Below are positions 1 to 12,582 of a stretch of DNA of 64,000 nt, piece by piece. The translations under genes and the position numbers were made by a program. Every line of letters begins with the position of its first letter. Position 1 is the stretch's first letter. The stretch covers positions 139,425,612 through 139,489,611 of the forward strand of contig JARDVH010000001.1 of assembly GCA_030324005.1 (NCBI GenBank), in the 5' to 3' direction. This DNA is from Negaprion brevirostris (lineage: Eukaryota). The notes under the pieces were generated by a model that ran no database searches, was not told where the DNA came from, and worked only from the letters and a program-made list of their open reading frames with translations.

Positions 1-1262
1 TAAGAGCCACCCTTCGTGCTGGATCGGAACATAGACATTGGAAAAGGATGGTGTATCTAAGCATTCCAAAGACAAGGGACAGGTTGAGAAAGACGAGGAG
101 GAAAAGTTTATCCTTGTCACTGTCACAATGGGATGTCATTTGTGATTTCATTTTGATAGGCGGTGAGCTGGAAACTTGATGGGAGGGATTCAAACATGGA
201 TTTCTGAGAAACACAGGAACGGATTTTCAAGACAACAATACATACAAGGATTATGGAAAGGAAGGGAGGGGTGGAAATGGGGCAATGGTTTGTAAGGAGG
301 GTGCACATGTGCAGCATGGACACGTCTACCCAAGATTCAATGCGTCAGGGATTTTGGACATTTGGGAATCTCCTGCCTCTGCTCCTCCAGGAAGACCCTC
401 GTTGTCTGAAACAATAAGTCTAGAATTTTCATCCACTGAAGCATGGCTGTGTCTGTGCTTTGCCCTCTGAAGGCCCACTGCTGCCTCTGCCTCTTTCTCC
501 TCTGCCTGCTCACTGCCCACTTTGTACTCTCCCTTCTAATTATGATCAAGGTGCAACCAAGTGGATGTGGCTACATTGATGGATGATGTGATGTGAATGA
601 TGTGATGGTACAGGCCCTGTGGAGTCTCCACACACCAACCCCCATCCCTGCCCCAGCCAAGGAGATGACTGTATGTGACCACTCTGCTCCACTGCCACTA
701 CAGACCCTGCGGGAAACAAAAGAAGGTGATAATAAGAACTTGGGCCACTCCTCAGCAGAACTAACCCCAGTGAAGACAAGGTTTAGAGAGTCACAGTGAG
801 ATTGGGCAGGAGTATTCCTCATATCCCTAAAATAGAACTATCAAATTATCCTACTTGTCACAGCCTACAGCCTCACCATTCCTTCATGTGATGGTACCCT
901 CCCAATTTCTGGTGTTACCTCCTTCATTGCGGTCAGAGTGTGGAGGTCACACACATCACCACTTGTCTGAGGCACTTCCCGACCATGGTGAACTCTATTT
1001 TCCTGAGGGAATGATTTAAGAATAAGCTGCCCTCCCTCGCCTGTCCCACCATGACAATCACATGAGCTGTTACGTTCCTGAGTGATGTTCCTTTCTTGAT
1101 TTCATCCCACATGATCCCATGTCCAGTGACCAGACAGGTCACTGGATCTGACAATGTTATGGAGAACTGTGGACTCTCAGTCTGCTCGGCTGATGTGCAA
1201 GCTAGTGTCTACCAAGTCAGAGACTTGTCATCCTTGGTCACTTGCCACTCCCCTTTCCAAAC

Positions 1263-1452
1263 CTTTTCATGTATTGCATCACTTTCCACATTGGACCCAT
1301 TTCCTTCTGGTGAATTCTTGGCTACTGGCTTCCAGTGTCACCTCTAGGCACCCTTCTTCTTCCAGATGCCAGGAACAAGATCTTCCTCTTGTCTGTCACT
1401 GCACTGGATAAAGTCCCAAAAGAGACATTAGAGAGCATTGGCAGCACTCATG
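1263..1452 (-). pseudogene. Decayed Myb/SANT-like DNA-binding ORF of a PIF/Harbinger transposon (element probably spans ~330-1680)
   Basis: Manual minus-strand translation across frameshifts gives PMLSNVSFGTLSSAVTDKRKILFLASGRRR then EVTLEASSQEFTRRKWVQCGK*CN. This resembles the PRFS..L..LL..V..RR..LF / W.QCRKRFNDL pattern. A TIR-like end, GAAAATCCAAACCC, lies at ~1679. Confidence 0.55.
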
Positions 1453-2835
1453 GGCATCTGTCAATATGGGCGTCGACCTCCAACAACTCAATCTCAGCCA
1501 CTGTTGCCATTCACCTTTTCAAAGGGCCCTTGATCTCTGGGTACTGCGAATTAGCCCCCTATTGCTTACCCCCTAGACAATTAAGCCCCTTACAAATGAA
1601 AATTGCATTGCTTCGCTGACACAACACGAGCTTTAGGCCCGTGAATGACCCAGGGGACCTGAATTGAAAATCCAAACCCTGCCAGGATTGTTTGAATCCT
1701 GTGCCTTTGAGCTCAGAGATAGGAACCCTGTCGCTAATCCAGCCTGACAGAAAGGTGAAATGGAGCTAGCGGAACACTGAAGCTAAACACCCCCCGGTTA
1801 CCGATCCTACATTCTGAGAATGCCCCATACACACATTGAGCAAACACAACTCAAGGGGAGGTTAACCCCACAGGTAACTCGGGATAGGCAATAAATGCTG
1901 GCTGAACCAGCGCCGCCCACATCCCATAAAAATGTATTTTAACAACAAGCGTTCTCACTAAGAAGTACTTATACTGCATCTTCCTGGTTTTAAGCATTTT
2001 AGGGCCCCTCTATGGAGTGATATGTATGTATCAATTTGCAGCAGCCCAGACACCCGATAGTTATAGATTAAAGCACACTCTTCACAGAGTATCCATATTA
2101 AACTGATGGGGCCAATGTTCATTGGTCTGTCTGCTTGCAACTGGAAATGCTCAACTTTTTGTCAGCCATCATTGTACATTACCCAGAAGATAAAAAAACA
2201 GTTCGGACCAGTATTCTTATTTCCCAGTTTTACTGTGTTTACCTTTTGTGTAGTCAATACTGGGGAAAAAAGCAAGCCACACTGTCTATTATTCCTGATG
2301 GTATTTATCCACAGAGCTATCCTTTGGAATCAACAACCATAGCACTGGCATTCCGGAGACATTTTATGGTTTATCAGTTGTCCCACTGGAGCTAACTCAT
2401 TTGGAACTGGCTGAGTGTACAGAATTTACAAGCCTCCTGTCTGTCTCGTTTTAGCAATTACTCTGTTCCGATACCTTTAAAGTGAAGCGACATTCTTATT
2501 TACCCTGTGTCACGCTTTATTAAACACCTTCTTTGAAGAAAGGCTCTCTGATACATTGTAACTGAGTTATTGCTTTTATCATCAAAGTGAAATTTTTATT
2601 GTTGGCAGTTTTACTACAGTTAGTAGGAGGATGTCTGTGATCTTAAAAGGACAAATACACTGAGATAAATGTGTTTGTTTTACCCATCTTGGCATCTTTG
2701 GCACTCCAGTAATTATAATTCCAGGAAATGCTGGCTGACGGTTACGTCCTGTTCTTTTGAAATTGCACAGTAGGATAGTAGAGAAGGTCGCTGTATCACA
2801 AGGTTACCTTGTCTGTATTTTACTTAGGTTGAAGA

Positions 2836-3182
2836 GGGCGGCACAGTGGCACAGTGATGAGCACTGCTACCTCACAGCGCCAGGGAGCCATGTTCAAATC
2901 CCACCTTGGGTGACTGTCTGTGTGGAGTTTGCACATTTTCCCCTTGTCTGCTTGGGTTTCCTTTGGGTGCTCCAGTTTCCACCCAGGCTCCAAAGATTTG
3001 CAGGTTGGGTTGATTGGCTATGTTAAATTTCCTCTTATTGTTTCAAAGTGTATAGATTAGGGGGTTTAATGGGGTAAATATATGGGGTTATGGGGATAGG
3101 GCCTGGTAAGGTTCTCTGTTGGAGAGTCAGTGCAGACTTGGTGGGTTGAATTGCCTCCTCCTGCACTGTAGGGATTCTATGA
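2836..3182 (+). mobile_element. HE1-type V-SINE (tRNA-derived head, CR1/HER1-like tail)
   Basis: Head GGGCGGCACAGTGGCACAGTG with B box GTTCAAATCC; V-domain TGTGGAGTTTGCACATT; tail CTGCACTGTAGGGATTCTATGA. Confidence 0.9.
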
Positions 3183-3717
3183 ACTAACATAACGTGAAAA
3201 ATCTAGAATCAATAAAGTTAAAAGCCCCAGCTTTTACTTGGGCTGAGAAGGGAAAGTGGAATCGATCATGGCATGTTGCAGACTTACTCTAACTCAGTAG
3301 CATGAGGCTGGGGCTATTTTAACTTCCAGGACTCCTTACAGTATTATGCAATTCCATCTCCTGCCCAAAGTATGTGGAAATGGTGTGAGATCGATATGTG
3401 GGAGCAAGGTAAATACGTCAAGAAGTTACCACTCACAAGGTTGATGAGAATGGTGTCAGCATTCGGGTATGTTGGCCATGGATGGGACAGGGCGAGTATT
3501 GGACATGGTTGCGGAGTGATTTGATAGTAATCACACGTGAAGGATGAGAAGGAAACCCAAAGATTTCTTACAAAGTCTCAAGAAGAATCCCTCTTCTTGG
3601 TCCACAAGGTAACAAAGAAACCAAATTAACTTCTCTTTTTGTCTTCTTGTCTTCTTGACTGTAATGGCTGTAAATTGGGAGAGGGGGGAGTGTGCAGTGG
3701 GACCAGTCACTGAAAGT

Positions 3718-4566
3718 AAGCATGCAGGTGCAGCAGGCAGTAAAGAAGGCAAATGGCATGTTGGCCTTCATTTCGAAAGGTTTTGTGGATTGGAGCAGGG
3801 ATGNNNNNNNNNNNNNNNNNNNNNNNNNNNNNNNNNNNNNNNNNNNNNNNNNNNNNNNNNNNNNNNNNNNNNNNNNNNNNNNNNNNNNNNNNNNNNNNNN
3901 NNNCAGCAGGCAGTAAAGAAGGCAAATGGCATGTTGGCCTTCATTTCGAAAGGTTTTGTGGATTGGAGCAGGGATGTGTTGTTGCAATTGTACAGGGCCT
4001 TGGTGAGCCCACACTTGAGTATTGTATTGAGTAGTATTGATCTCCTTTTCTGAAGAAGGACATTCTTGCTCTGAGGGAATGCAGCAAAGGTTTTCTAAGC
4101 TGATTCCGGGGATGGCAGGACTGATGTGTGAGGAGAGATTGAGTAGGTTAGGATTGTTTTCGCTGGAGTTCAGACGAATGAGGGGGGATCTCATAGAGAC
4201 TTATAAAATTCTAACAGGTCTAGACAAGATAGATGCAAGGAGGATGTTCCTGATGGTGGGGGAGTCCAGAACCAGGGGTCACGGTCTGAGGTTGACCATT
4301 TAGAACGGAGGTGAGGAGACATTTCTTCACCCAAAGGTTGGTGAGCTTGTGGAATTCATTACCAGAGGAAGTATTTGACGCCAGGACATTGAAGGTATTC
4401 CAGAGGTGGCTGGATATAGTACTTGGGGTGAATGGGATCAAAGGTTATGGGGAAAAAAACAGAACTAGGCTATTGAGTTGGATGATCAGCCATGATCATA
4501 ATGAATGGTGGAGCAGACTCGAAGGGCCAAATAGCCTCCTCCTACTTCTATCTTCTATGTTTCTAA
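3718..4566 (+). mobile_element. CR1-clade LINE, ORF2 C-terminal region and 3' tail
   Basis: ORFs read QQAVKKANGMLAFI, LQLYRALVSPHL, EERLSRLGLFSLEFRRMRGDLIETYKIL and FFTQRLVSLWNSLP; the tail ends in TTCTATG-like repeats. Confidence 0.92.
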
Positions 4567-5836
4567 GTTTCTTCTGCATCTCCTTTCCTCCCCCAGGCAT
4601 TGCTGGTGGGGACAGCACTTGTCACCAATTCAATGATTGCATGATAAAGTCTAATCATTGCCCTATTGGTCTTTATTATTGAATAGTCATGAGGTTCTCG
4701 ATTGGCTGTTGCAGACCCTTACCTATCTCCAGATAGCCTGGAGGCACAAGTCTAGCCAGTGTATATGAAGTGCCATCCGAGGACAGGGCACAGCCTCTAC
4801 TGTGGGCACAATTTGATGGTGCGGATTTTAAGGTCCCCTCAAAGACATTGGAGTTTTGAATGGCTCACCGAATTTTACCCTTCACCATTGCACCCCAACA
4901 GAGATTCCACCCTGTGACTTCTCAGACAACTCAATCACGTGAGGCCAATGGGGTTAAAATTGATCCTAAAGATGGAGTTAACCGATGTGTTTCAGGGTGT
5001 CCAGTATGAAAATGTTGCATTCCCATTGAGAAAGTTCTGGGTTCAAAATTCAGCCTTAACTCCCCCAAATTCAGCAGGAGCGGAGCATCAGATCATGACT
5101 TACTTTTATGACTATTTGACCAGGAAGAGATTCATTGATTCATGCTAAAATGTGGTTCTGGTGTGAAGTCAGATTCAAGATTCTGAGGTTAAATTCCCAA
5201 AGGTCTAACATTTTCTTGAACTTGATAAAAGCCACGGAAGCAATTGAGAGCTCTGTGTTTTGATGAGCTTTCCTGCAAGATAATGTTTTCTTTAACAGCT
5301 TGGAGCAATCGAACGGATTGTTATCACATTCCAGTGAGCAGTCAGGCATGGTAAGATAGGAAAGGTTGCTTTCATGTATTCTCAGCGTGGAGCTTTCTGG
5401 CTGCAATCCATTCCTATAAGGTTGGAAGCTGGTTTGATCAGCAGTATCACTGGTCAAACCTCAGACACAAGGACCTCAGGATGAATCAAAGATCAAACTT
5501 CTAACTTTATGTCTGGTTAACAAATGGAAAAGATAGACTTTGTCAAAATAATCTGGTCCTGACTAGTAGAGAACTTGGGTCTAATGAATTCAGGGTCAAC
5601 CAGTCCCAGAAAATGTTCTGATTAGCAGAGAGCCATCAACCACCACCAGGAATAGGAGGTATTTCCTGATATTTTTATGTATTGTGAGGAGTCTTATGAA
5701 AAAAATGAAGTTCGATGAGATTTACATGTTGACTTACTGGGAGGAATTTTAACCCAGACAAACTGCTGAGCTTGGATCAGGTGGGGTATAAAGATGCAAA
5801 AAAATCTCAAAAATGGGCCCAACCCAAATCAGATTT

Positions 5837-7040
5837 CATAGAATCCCTACAAAGCAGCAGGAGGCCATTCAGCCCATCAAACCTGCACTGACAACAATCC
5901 CACCCAGGCCCTATTCCTGTAACCCCACCCACCTACCCTGCGAATCCCCCTGACGCTAAAGGCCCAAGATTACCCTTGCATCGCACTGGTTTTTGGGCAC
6001 AAAAATGTGGTAAAGTCATGTATGAGGCCATTAACGTGATCCGCGTTAAATGCATTTGCATGCATTTAAATTGAATTAATGAACTGCCCACCCAACTTTA
6101 TCAGCATTTCCACCTTTACCACCGTATTTGCCAATCCAGAACCGTGCTGTAATGGACCTGCTGAATAAAAGTCTGAATCGGGCGCTCCAGCGCTGAAGAG
6201 CGAGTTCCGAGCTTCCAATGGCTCAGATCAGCGGTGAGGGGGAAGAATAAGGAGGGTCAGATCATTCTCTAGTGAGGGGGAGGGGGAGTGAGGAGGAGCA
6301 GGTGGGTCAGATCTTTCTTTGGTGGGACGGGGAGGCTAATCGTTATCTGGGGGGGTGGGGGAGTGCTGGTCATTGTCTGGTGGTGAGGCGGGGGGGTGGG
6401 CTGATCGTTGTCTCGTCAAGAGGGAGGAGGAGACGGATCAGAANNNNNNNNNNNNNNNNNNNNNNNNNNNNNNNNNNNNNNNNNNNNNNNNNNNNNNNNN
6501 NNNNNNNNNNNNNNNNNNNNNNNNNNNNNNNNNNNNNNNNNNNAGGGGGACAGTGATGTGTGTGCGTGCAATTGCTCCCACTTTTTGCTCCCGCTTTCTC
6601 TGCTTTCTGCAGCCCAGGAGTAATCTGACATGGGCACGCTTTTTTGAATTTTTTTCTAACAGCGCATGCACAGTTCAGAGCTCTGATCATTTTGGCTGCA
6701 CTAAGTCCCGCCCACAGCGCGAATCAGACCCGCAATTTTTTTCTCAGGCTGAGTGCGTATGGGGGTGCCTGAAAGCAGATTTCTAAGTCAGATCTGCATT
6801 ACGCCCAGATTCAGCACTTAGAATGAAAATGGTAAAATCAGGCCCGAAGGGGAAACTTAACATGGCCAATCAATCTAACCCGCACATCTTTGGACTGTGG
6901 GGCGAAACCAGAGCACCTGAAGGAAACGCATGCAGGCACAGGGAGAATGTGCAAACTGCCCAGAGACAGTGACCCAAGGCTGGAATTGAACCCAGGTCCC
7001 TGGCATTGTGAGGCAGTAGTGCTAACCACTTTGACACCCC
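5837..7040 (-). mobile_element. HE1-type V-SINE split by a MITE (halves 5837-5959 and 6846-7040)
   Basis: The tail CATAGAATCCCTAC... runs to GACGCTAA and resumes GAAGGGGAAACTTAACATGGCCAATC...GTGCTAACCACT after an ~890 bp insert. Confidence 0.88.
5960..6845. mobile_element. Non-autonomous PIF/Harbinger-like element (MITE)
   Basis: Degenerate TIRs AGGCCCAAGATTACC / GGTAAAATCAGGCCC with flanks TAA/GAA; both ends are homologous to 9853-10688 in the opposite orientation. Confidence 0.75.
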
Positions 7041-7956
7041 AAATGAAGGCAAGAGAACAACTCACTCCCAAGGGATATGTTAACAATGATCTGTCAGGAG
7101 GTGGGTTACCACCCTCCATACTCTCTCCAAACTTCCTCTGATCACTCCTTGCCCTAATCCACCAAGCCACACTGCACCCACCCAACTCTGCAACAAAACT
7201 CCTCACAACCCTTCCATTGACCCAGCCCTGTCATCTCTATCCTGGGCTGTAACCTCTTCTGTAACTATTTCACCTGACCAGGAACCAAGCTGTCAACCTG
7301 GCAGCTCACAGACAACTTGTAATAAAAACATGCCTATCATGGAGTTAAAGCTTCACCATGTTCAAGGAATTCCAAACTCTGAACACAACTCCTCACGACT
7401 GCTTGAAAACCCCATCTCAATAAATATCAGGGTCATTGTTTGTAAAATAAATGAGCCCTGTGACTCACTGAAATATTGATCAGACATGTGTTTAGATGAT
7501 TGGACTGTCTCACCTCATGGTTTATAGAGCATGAGCACGATTTCACAGACTAGGTACTGGCAGTAAAGCTAAATTTCATCTTTTGATACAGGATAGAGAT
7601 AAAGATCTTTAGAGAGTAGCTGGTGTAGGTGAACTGAGTAGCAATGAGCAATACCAAATCGAACTGAAAGAGAGGATATCTAAATGTGAGGAAATGCTGC
7701 AATGAGGGTCAGGGAATTACAAAAGCGGCAAAAACCTCCCTCTGTTTAGTACTAGAAAACATCTCAATGCAACCAGGAGGAGAGGGAAACTGAAGAGCAA
7801 GTAGGAGGAAAGGGCAGGTGAATGAAGAAGCAAGGCTGGGAAACCAAAGATACAGTTGAAAAGGAAGACTTTGAGGGGGTTTTTGAAACCAGGGATGTAG
7901 GCGGCAATGTGGGGAAGTTCAGAGAGCAAGCAATTAGCAAGTGAACAAGCACTTCT

Positions 7957-8303
7957 GGGCGGCACTGTAGCACAGTGGTTAGCACTGCTGCTTCACAGCT
8001 CCAGGGACCTGGATTCGATTCCCGGCGCGGGTCACTGTCAATGTGAAGTTTCCACATTCTCTTCATGTCTGTGTGGGTTTCCACCGAGTACTCCAGTTTC
8101 CTCCCACTGTCCAAGATATGCGGGTTAGGTTGATTGGCCATACTAAAATTGCCCCTTAGCGTCCTGGGATGTGTAGGTTAGAGGGATTAGCGGGTAAAAT
8201 ATGTAGGGATATGGGGATGGGGCCTGGGTGGGATTGTGGTCGGTGCAGACTCGATGGGCCGAAGGGCCTCCTTCTGCACTGTAGGGTTCTATGTTCTATG
8301 TTC
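7957..8303 (+). mobile_element. HE1-type V-SINE, near full length and well preserved
   Basis: A box TAGCACAGTGG, B box GATTCGATTCC, V-domain, and tail GGGCCGAAGGGCCTCCTTCTGCACTGTAGGGTTCTATGTTCTATG. Confidence 0.93.
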
Positions 8304-9154
8304 ACTGTTCAATGGCAGACGTGAGGGAGTGAGGGGTGTGGAAAATTCTAGTACAGAGTAATGGAAATTGCATGCAGAATCATACGGCAGGAAGAGATCA
8401 TGAAAAAAAGGTGGAACAAGGCCAGAAAGAATGTTGAAAGCAAGGATGAGAATTCAGAAACAGACACTCTTTCGTCATAGCGAACCTTTGGAGGACAGAG
8501 CGAGGGAGATATTGCAAATAACTACATAGGCTATGATGCATTAGATCATCAAAATCAATGCTGAGATAATGCCAGAAAGTTTGATAAAAGTGTGCATTAG
8601 AATCCGAACCTCTGAATGATGGAAGTATGAACAAGAGTTTAAAAGGTTAAAGGAACCAGCATTGATGCCGAGATGGGAGATTAGTTTTGATTGTGGAGTA
8701 AATGCAGAGAATGAAACTAAGTTTGGGTTCTGAGCAGAGTGCCACGTTTCCACAATTTCTGACTCAGCTTCAGATGATATCCAGGAAGGTTGTTAAACTT
8801 AATGCATTGGCCTCGGAGCTGCCAACACAGAATGCCATGATTTTTTTTAACACTTGACTAGAGGAAATCTTACTCATATTGGTGGCAGGCAAGCAGCTTG
8901 GGAGATTAGCAAAAACCTTTGAGCCGATAAATAAGGCATCAAGATACAGCTGAGTGTCACCTTCCTACAAGTGGAAGCTACCTCTGCGTGCAGACACACT
9001 GGGGTACATTGGAGTCGACTGTGGGAGCAGAGGAGGAAAAAACAGTAGCAGCTATACTACTAGTAGTGAAACAGTTCCCATTTTACTAAGAATGCATGGA
9101 GTAGTAAAAGGTCATTTAACCCAATCACCTGTTACTAGACTTTAAAACCCACTC

Positions 9155-9460
9155 CCTGGAATAGGGCATTAATGACCTTCCTGATGGCACAATGAGCTGT
9201 CCACTGCAAAATGCCACCGAGATCCACAGCTGGCACAACTCAAGTGCATAAAAGTTCAAGGCGACAGTGACTTGGTGGCTGCANNNNNNNNNNCAGGTAG
9301 GGGACAGGCTAGAGACCGCAAGGTATCAGGTCACTGCACCGTAACACAAATGTCTGACATCACCTTCCTGGAAAAGTGCGGTCTCCTCCAGCTCTGTTTC
9401 ATCTGCAGCTAACTGACTCGGGTGCTACTCCGCCTTTTTCCCCAAGCAGCCCTCACTCTG
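9155..9460 (-). pseudogene. Harbinger transposase N-terminal fragment
   Basis: Minus-strand translation gives VTVALNFYA ... VDLGGILQWTAHCAIRKVINALFQ, matching the Harbinger/HARBI1-family motif KVT.ALNFYA.GSFQ..GD..GISQ..H.CIR.VT.AL. Confidence 0.75.
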
Positions 9461-9852
9461 CTCCTCGGGATTCAGCGAGAGGTTTATAGAATCCCAATAG
9501 TGCAGAAGGAGCCATGTGACTCATCGAGACTGCACCAATTCTCTGACGAGGCTGTCTCAAGGCTGCTCCGTGCTGCTCTTCCCAGTGTCAGAGTAGTCTG
9601 TTCCCACCTGCCATCCCTAAGCTACCAGTGGTTTGTACAGCGGGCCTCCCCCTCTCAAACTCTGCTGCTGAGGTGAAGCCAGCTGCCCCCCCCTCAGGAC
9701 TTCCACCTTTCACTGTTGAGAAATACACGTCTCTCAATAACAATGAGGACAACTCTGTGTCACTGGTTCAGCAGCCTAGCAGGATTGTACACATTTTAAA
9801 TGAGTTGACCAATGCCTCCATTAACCCTGAAGGTCCACATTGCGTGCACATT

Positions 9853-10688
9853 GGGCTCTTTTTTACCATTTTGATTCTAAATGCTGGGCGAACTTGAAAC
9901 TGGGAGTGTTTCAGATCCGACTTTTAGACCCATTCTCAGGCACACCCGTATGCACCCCGTCTACAAAAAAATCAGCAATTCTGAACTGCACTGCACAAGC
10001 CTGTGGGCAGGGCCTAACACCACCCGAAATCCTGTAGCTCCGATCGGCGCCTCCAACTGCGTATGCGCAGAAAAAGAATGATAGAATGCCGCTCCCCTGC
10101 CACATCACTCCCAGGCCGGATATTGCCTCTCCCGGCCTCCACAGACATTGCTCCACCCCCACAACATTACTCATTCCCNNNNNNNNNNNNNNNNNNNNNN
10201 NNNNNNNNNNNNNNNNNNNNNNNNNNNNNNNNNNNNNNNNNNNNNNNNNNNNNNNNNNNNNNNNNNNNNNNNNNNNNNNNNNNNNNNNNNNNNNNNNNNN
10301 NNNNNNNNNTTCCCCCCCACCCCCTCCACCGACCTCAAGGAGAGAGCCAGAGGACACTCGGCACTTACCCTCTCACTAACTACAACACCAGAATCGGACT
10401 TTTATGGAGCATGCCAGACTCGCGCTGATTCTGGATGCGTGAACGCAGTGGTAAAGAGGGACGTGCCGGTGAGGTTGGGCGTGCAGCTTATTAAGTCAAA
10501 TGCGCGCAAATGCATTTAAGTGGCCGTCGCCCCCGTTTTGGGTGTGGTCCCGATCGCAGCTATTTTCGGGCCTTGGTAAAAGGGAACTGCCGCAGCAGTG
10601 GGCGTGGATCATGCTACCCGCTTCAAGCCCGACTTTACCAAGTCTTCACGTCCAAAATCGGGCGCAACACGATGGCAAAATCGGGCCC
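9853..10688. mobile_element. Non-autonomous PIF/Harbinger-like element (same family as 5960-6845)
   Basis: TIRs GGGCTCTTTTTTACCAT / ATGGCAAAATCGGGCCC; flanks ATT/ATC; CpG-rich interior. Confidence 0.78.
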
Positions 10689-11605
10689 ATCAGTTTCACC
10701 CTAACATGTTCCAGACTTCCTTGTCTGTCCACAAGTGGCTTCACAGGCACTAAATTGGAGACCTGACAAGTGCCAAACACTTCTCCTCCCATATCCCCTC
10801 ATCGAAAATTGCATTGTGTTGCCGGGGCGGCAGAGTCCAGTGCCAGCCTTCGGCAACATCGTTTTCTAATCACTTCTGCATCAGCTCCTACTGGCAGTCC
10901 AAAATCTGGCCCATTTTGTCCTCTAGTGAGGGAGTCATGAACGAGGAGACGTTACCATAAAATTAGTGATTTGGAACATTCAAGGCTGATTGACCTAATC
11001 CTGTTCTTTATGCTCCGTTCCTTCACAAAAAAAAATCAGAAACTCCTAGTTGAAAGGTTTTTCTGGGGGGAGTTATCTTGTCTAAGAATTCTGCTGTCAT
11101 TATTATTGGCTTTCAGCTGCCACCTGCAGGCTTCAGGCTTATTTAACAGTTAATGTGTTACTGATGTGATTTCAGCTTTTAAAGTATAGCCTGTTTTCTA
11201 CTGGTCATGGGTTAAGATGCTTCATTCCCACTCTTTGTTATGGTTTTTGATTCTAATTTTATGAGTTTTGATTTCAGCATACCATTCCAGTTGCTTTTAT
11301 AATGTAGGGAATGGAAAAATCTGTCAAGCTGAAAAAATTCTGGGATTTGTAAAAATCTGAGGAATACAATGTTTATTATTGACTGTCCTGAATCATTCAT
11401 AACCATCTCTCAGTTCAAGAGGACCAAAGTTTCAGAAACATTAGATTTTGAGTTGAATCTTATTTCAATATGGATTGAGTTGGGACAATTTGTTTTGTTT
11501 CTTGTTCCTTTTTTTAACTAAAAATATAGCTCAAGGAGCAACAATGCTGCTTCATTTTAAATATGCTATTTTTCCTTTTAAATTTGAATTTAATATATGA
11601 TGACA

Positions 11606-11689
11606 GGGGAGGCGATGGCCTTCAGATATTATCACTAGACTATTCATCCAGAAACTTAGCTAATGTTCTGGGATCTGGGTTTGAAGCCT
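11606..11689 (+). mobile_element. Head of a tRNA-derived SINE with L2-like tail (truncated by gap)
   Basis: GGGGAGGCGATGGCC...ATTATCACTAGACTATTCATCCAGAAACTTAGCTAATGTTCTGG matches the copy at 63519. Confidence 0.75.
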
Positions 11690-12266
11690 NNNNNNNNNNN
11701 NNNNNNNNNNNNNNNNNNNNNNNNNNNNNNNNNNNNNNNNNNNNNNNNNNNNNNNNNNNNNNNNNNNNNNNNNNNNNNNNNNNNNNNNNNNNNNNNNNNN
11801 NNNNNNNNNNNNNNNNNNNNNNNNNNNNNNNNNNNNNNNNNNNNNNNNNNNNNNNNNNNNNNNNNNNNNNNNNNNNNNNNNNNNNNNNNNNNNNNNNNNN
11901 NNNNNNNNNNNNNNNNNNNNNNNNNNNNNNNNNNNNNNNNNNNNNNNNNNNNNNNNNNNNNNNCTGATATGTAGCAGGGTGCAGTTTAAAGTCCTCAGCA
12001 AGGACCTTCTGAAATCACAATGAGTTTAGACAATTCTCAGGCCGCCCACTGGTGTGACAGCATGTTTCCCGCTGATGCATATTCAATGAGGCAAGAGACA
12101 GACAATTGGGTATGAAAATGCGCCATTGTGGCTGGTGGGGATAGTCACTCTTCCTGCCGAAAACTGCACTTAGTCTGGAGAGGTGAAAAAACCCACCCAA
12201 TGAAACCTATATTATATATGATAATATAGTAGGAAAAAATTACCAGAGTAAGACTAAGCTCTCATA

Positions 12267-12582
12267 GAGTGGCATGATGGGACAGTAGGTAGCATTGCTG
12301 CCTAACAGAGCCAGAGATCCGGGTTCATTTCTGGCCTTGGGAGTGTGGAGTTTGCACATTCTCCCTGTGTCTGCATGGGTTTCCTCCAGGTGCCCTGGTT
12401 TCCTCCCACGCTCCAAAGGCGTGCGGGTTAGGTGGATTGGCCATGCTAAATTGCCCCATAGTGTCAGGGGGACTCGCTCAGGTAAATACGTGGGGTTACA
12501 GGATAGGGCCTGGGTGGGATTGTTGTCAGTGTAGGTTCAATGGAGTGAATGACCTCTTTCTGCACTGTAGGAATTCTATGAT
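12267..12582 (+). mobile_element. HE1-type V-SINE
   Basis: Head, V-domain and CTGCACTGTAGGAATTCTATGA tail are present. Confidence 0.88.

Noticed and set aside
3731-3976. 73-bp exact direct repeat on both sides of a 100-N gap
   Set aside because: Overlapping contig ends left unmerged; assembly artefact.
7957-8030. tRNA-like A/B boxes
   Set aside because: These are SINE heads continuing into V-domain and LINE tail, not tRNA genes.
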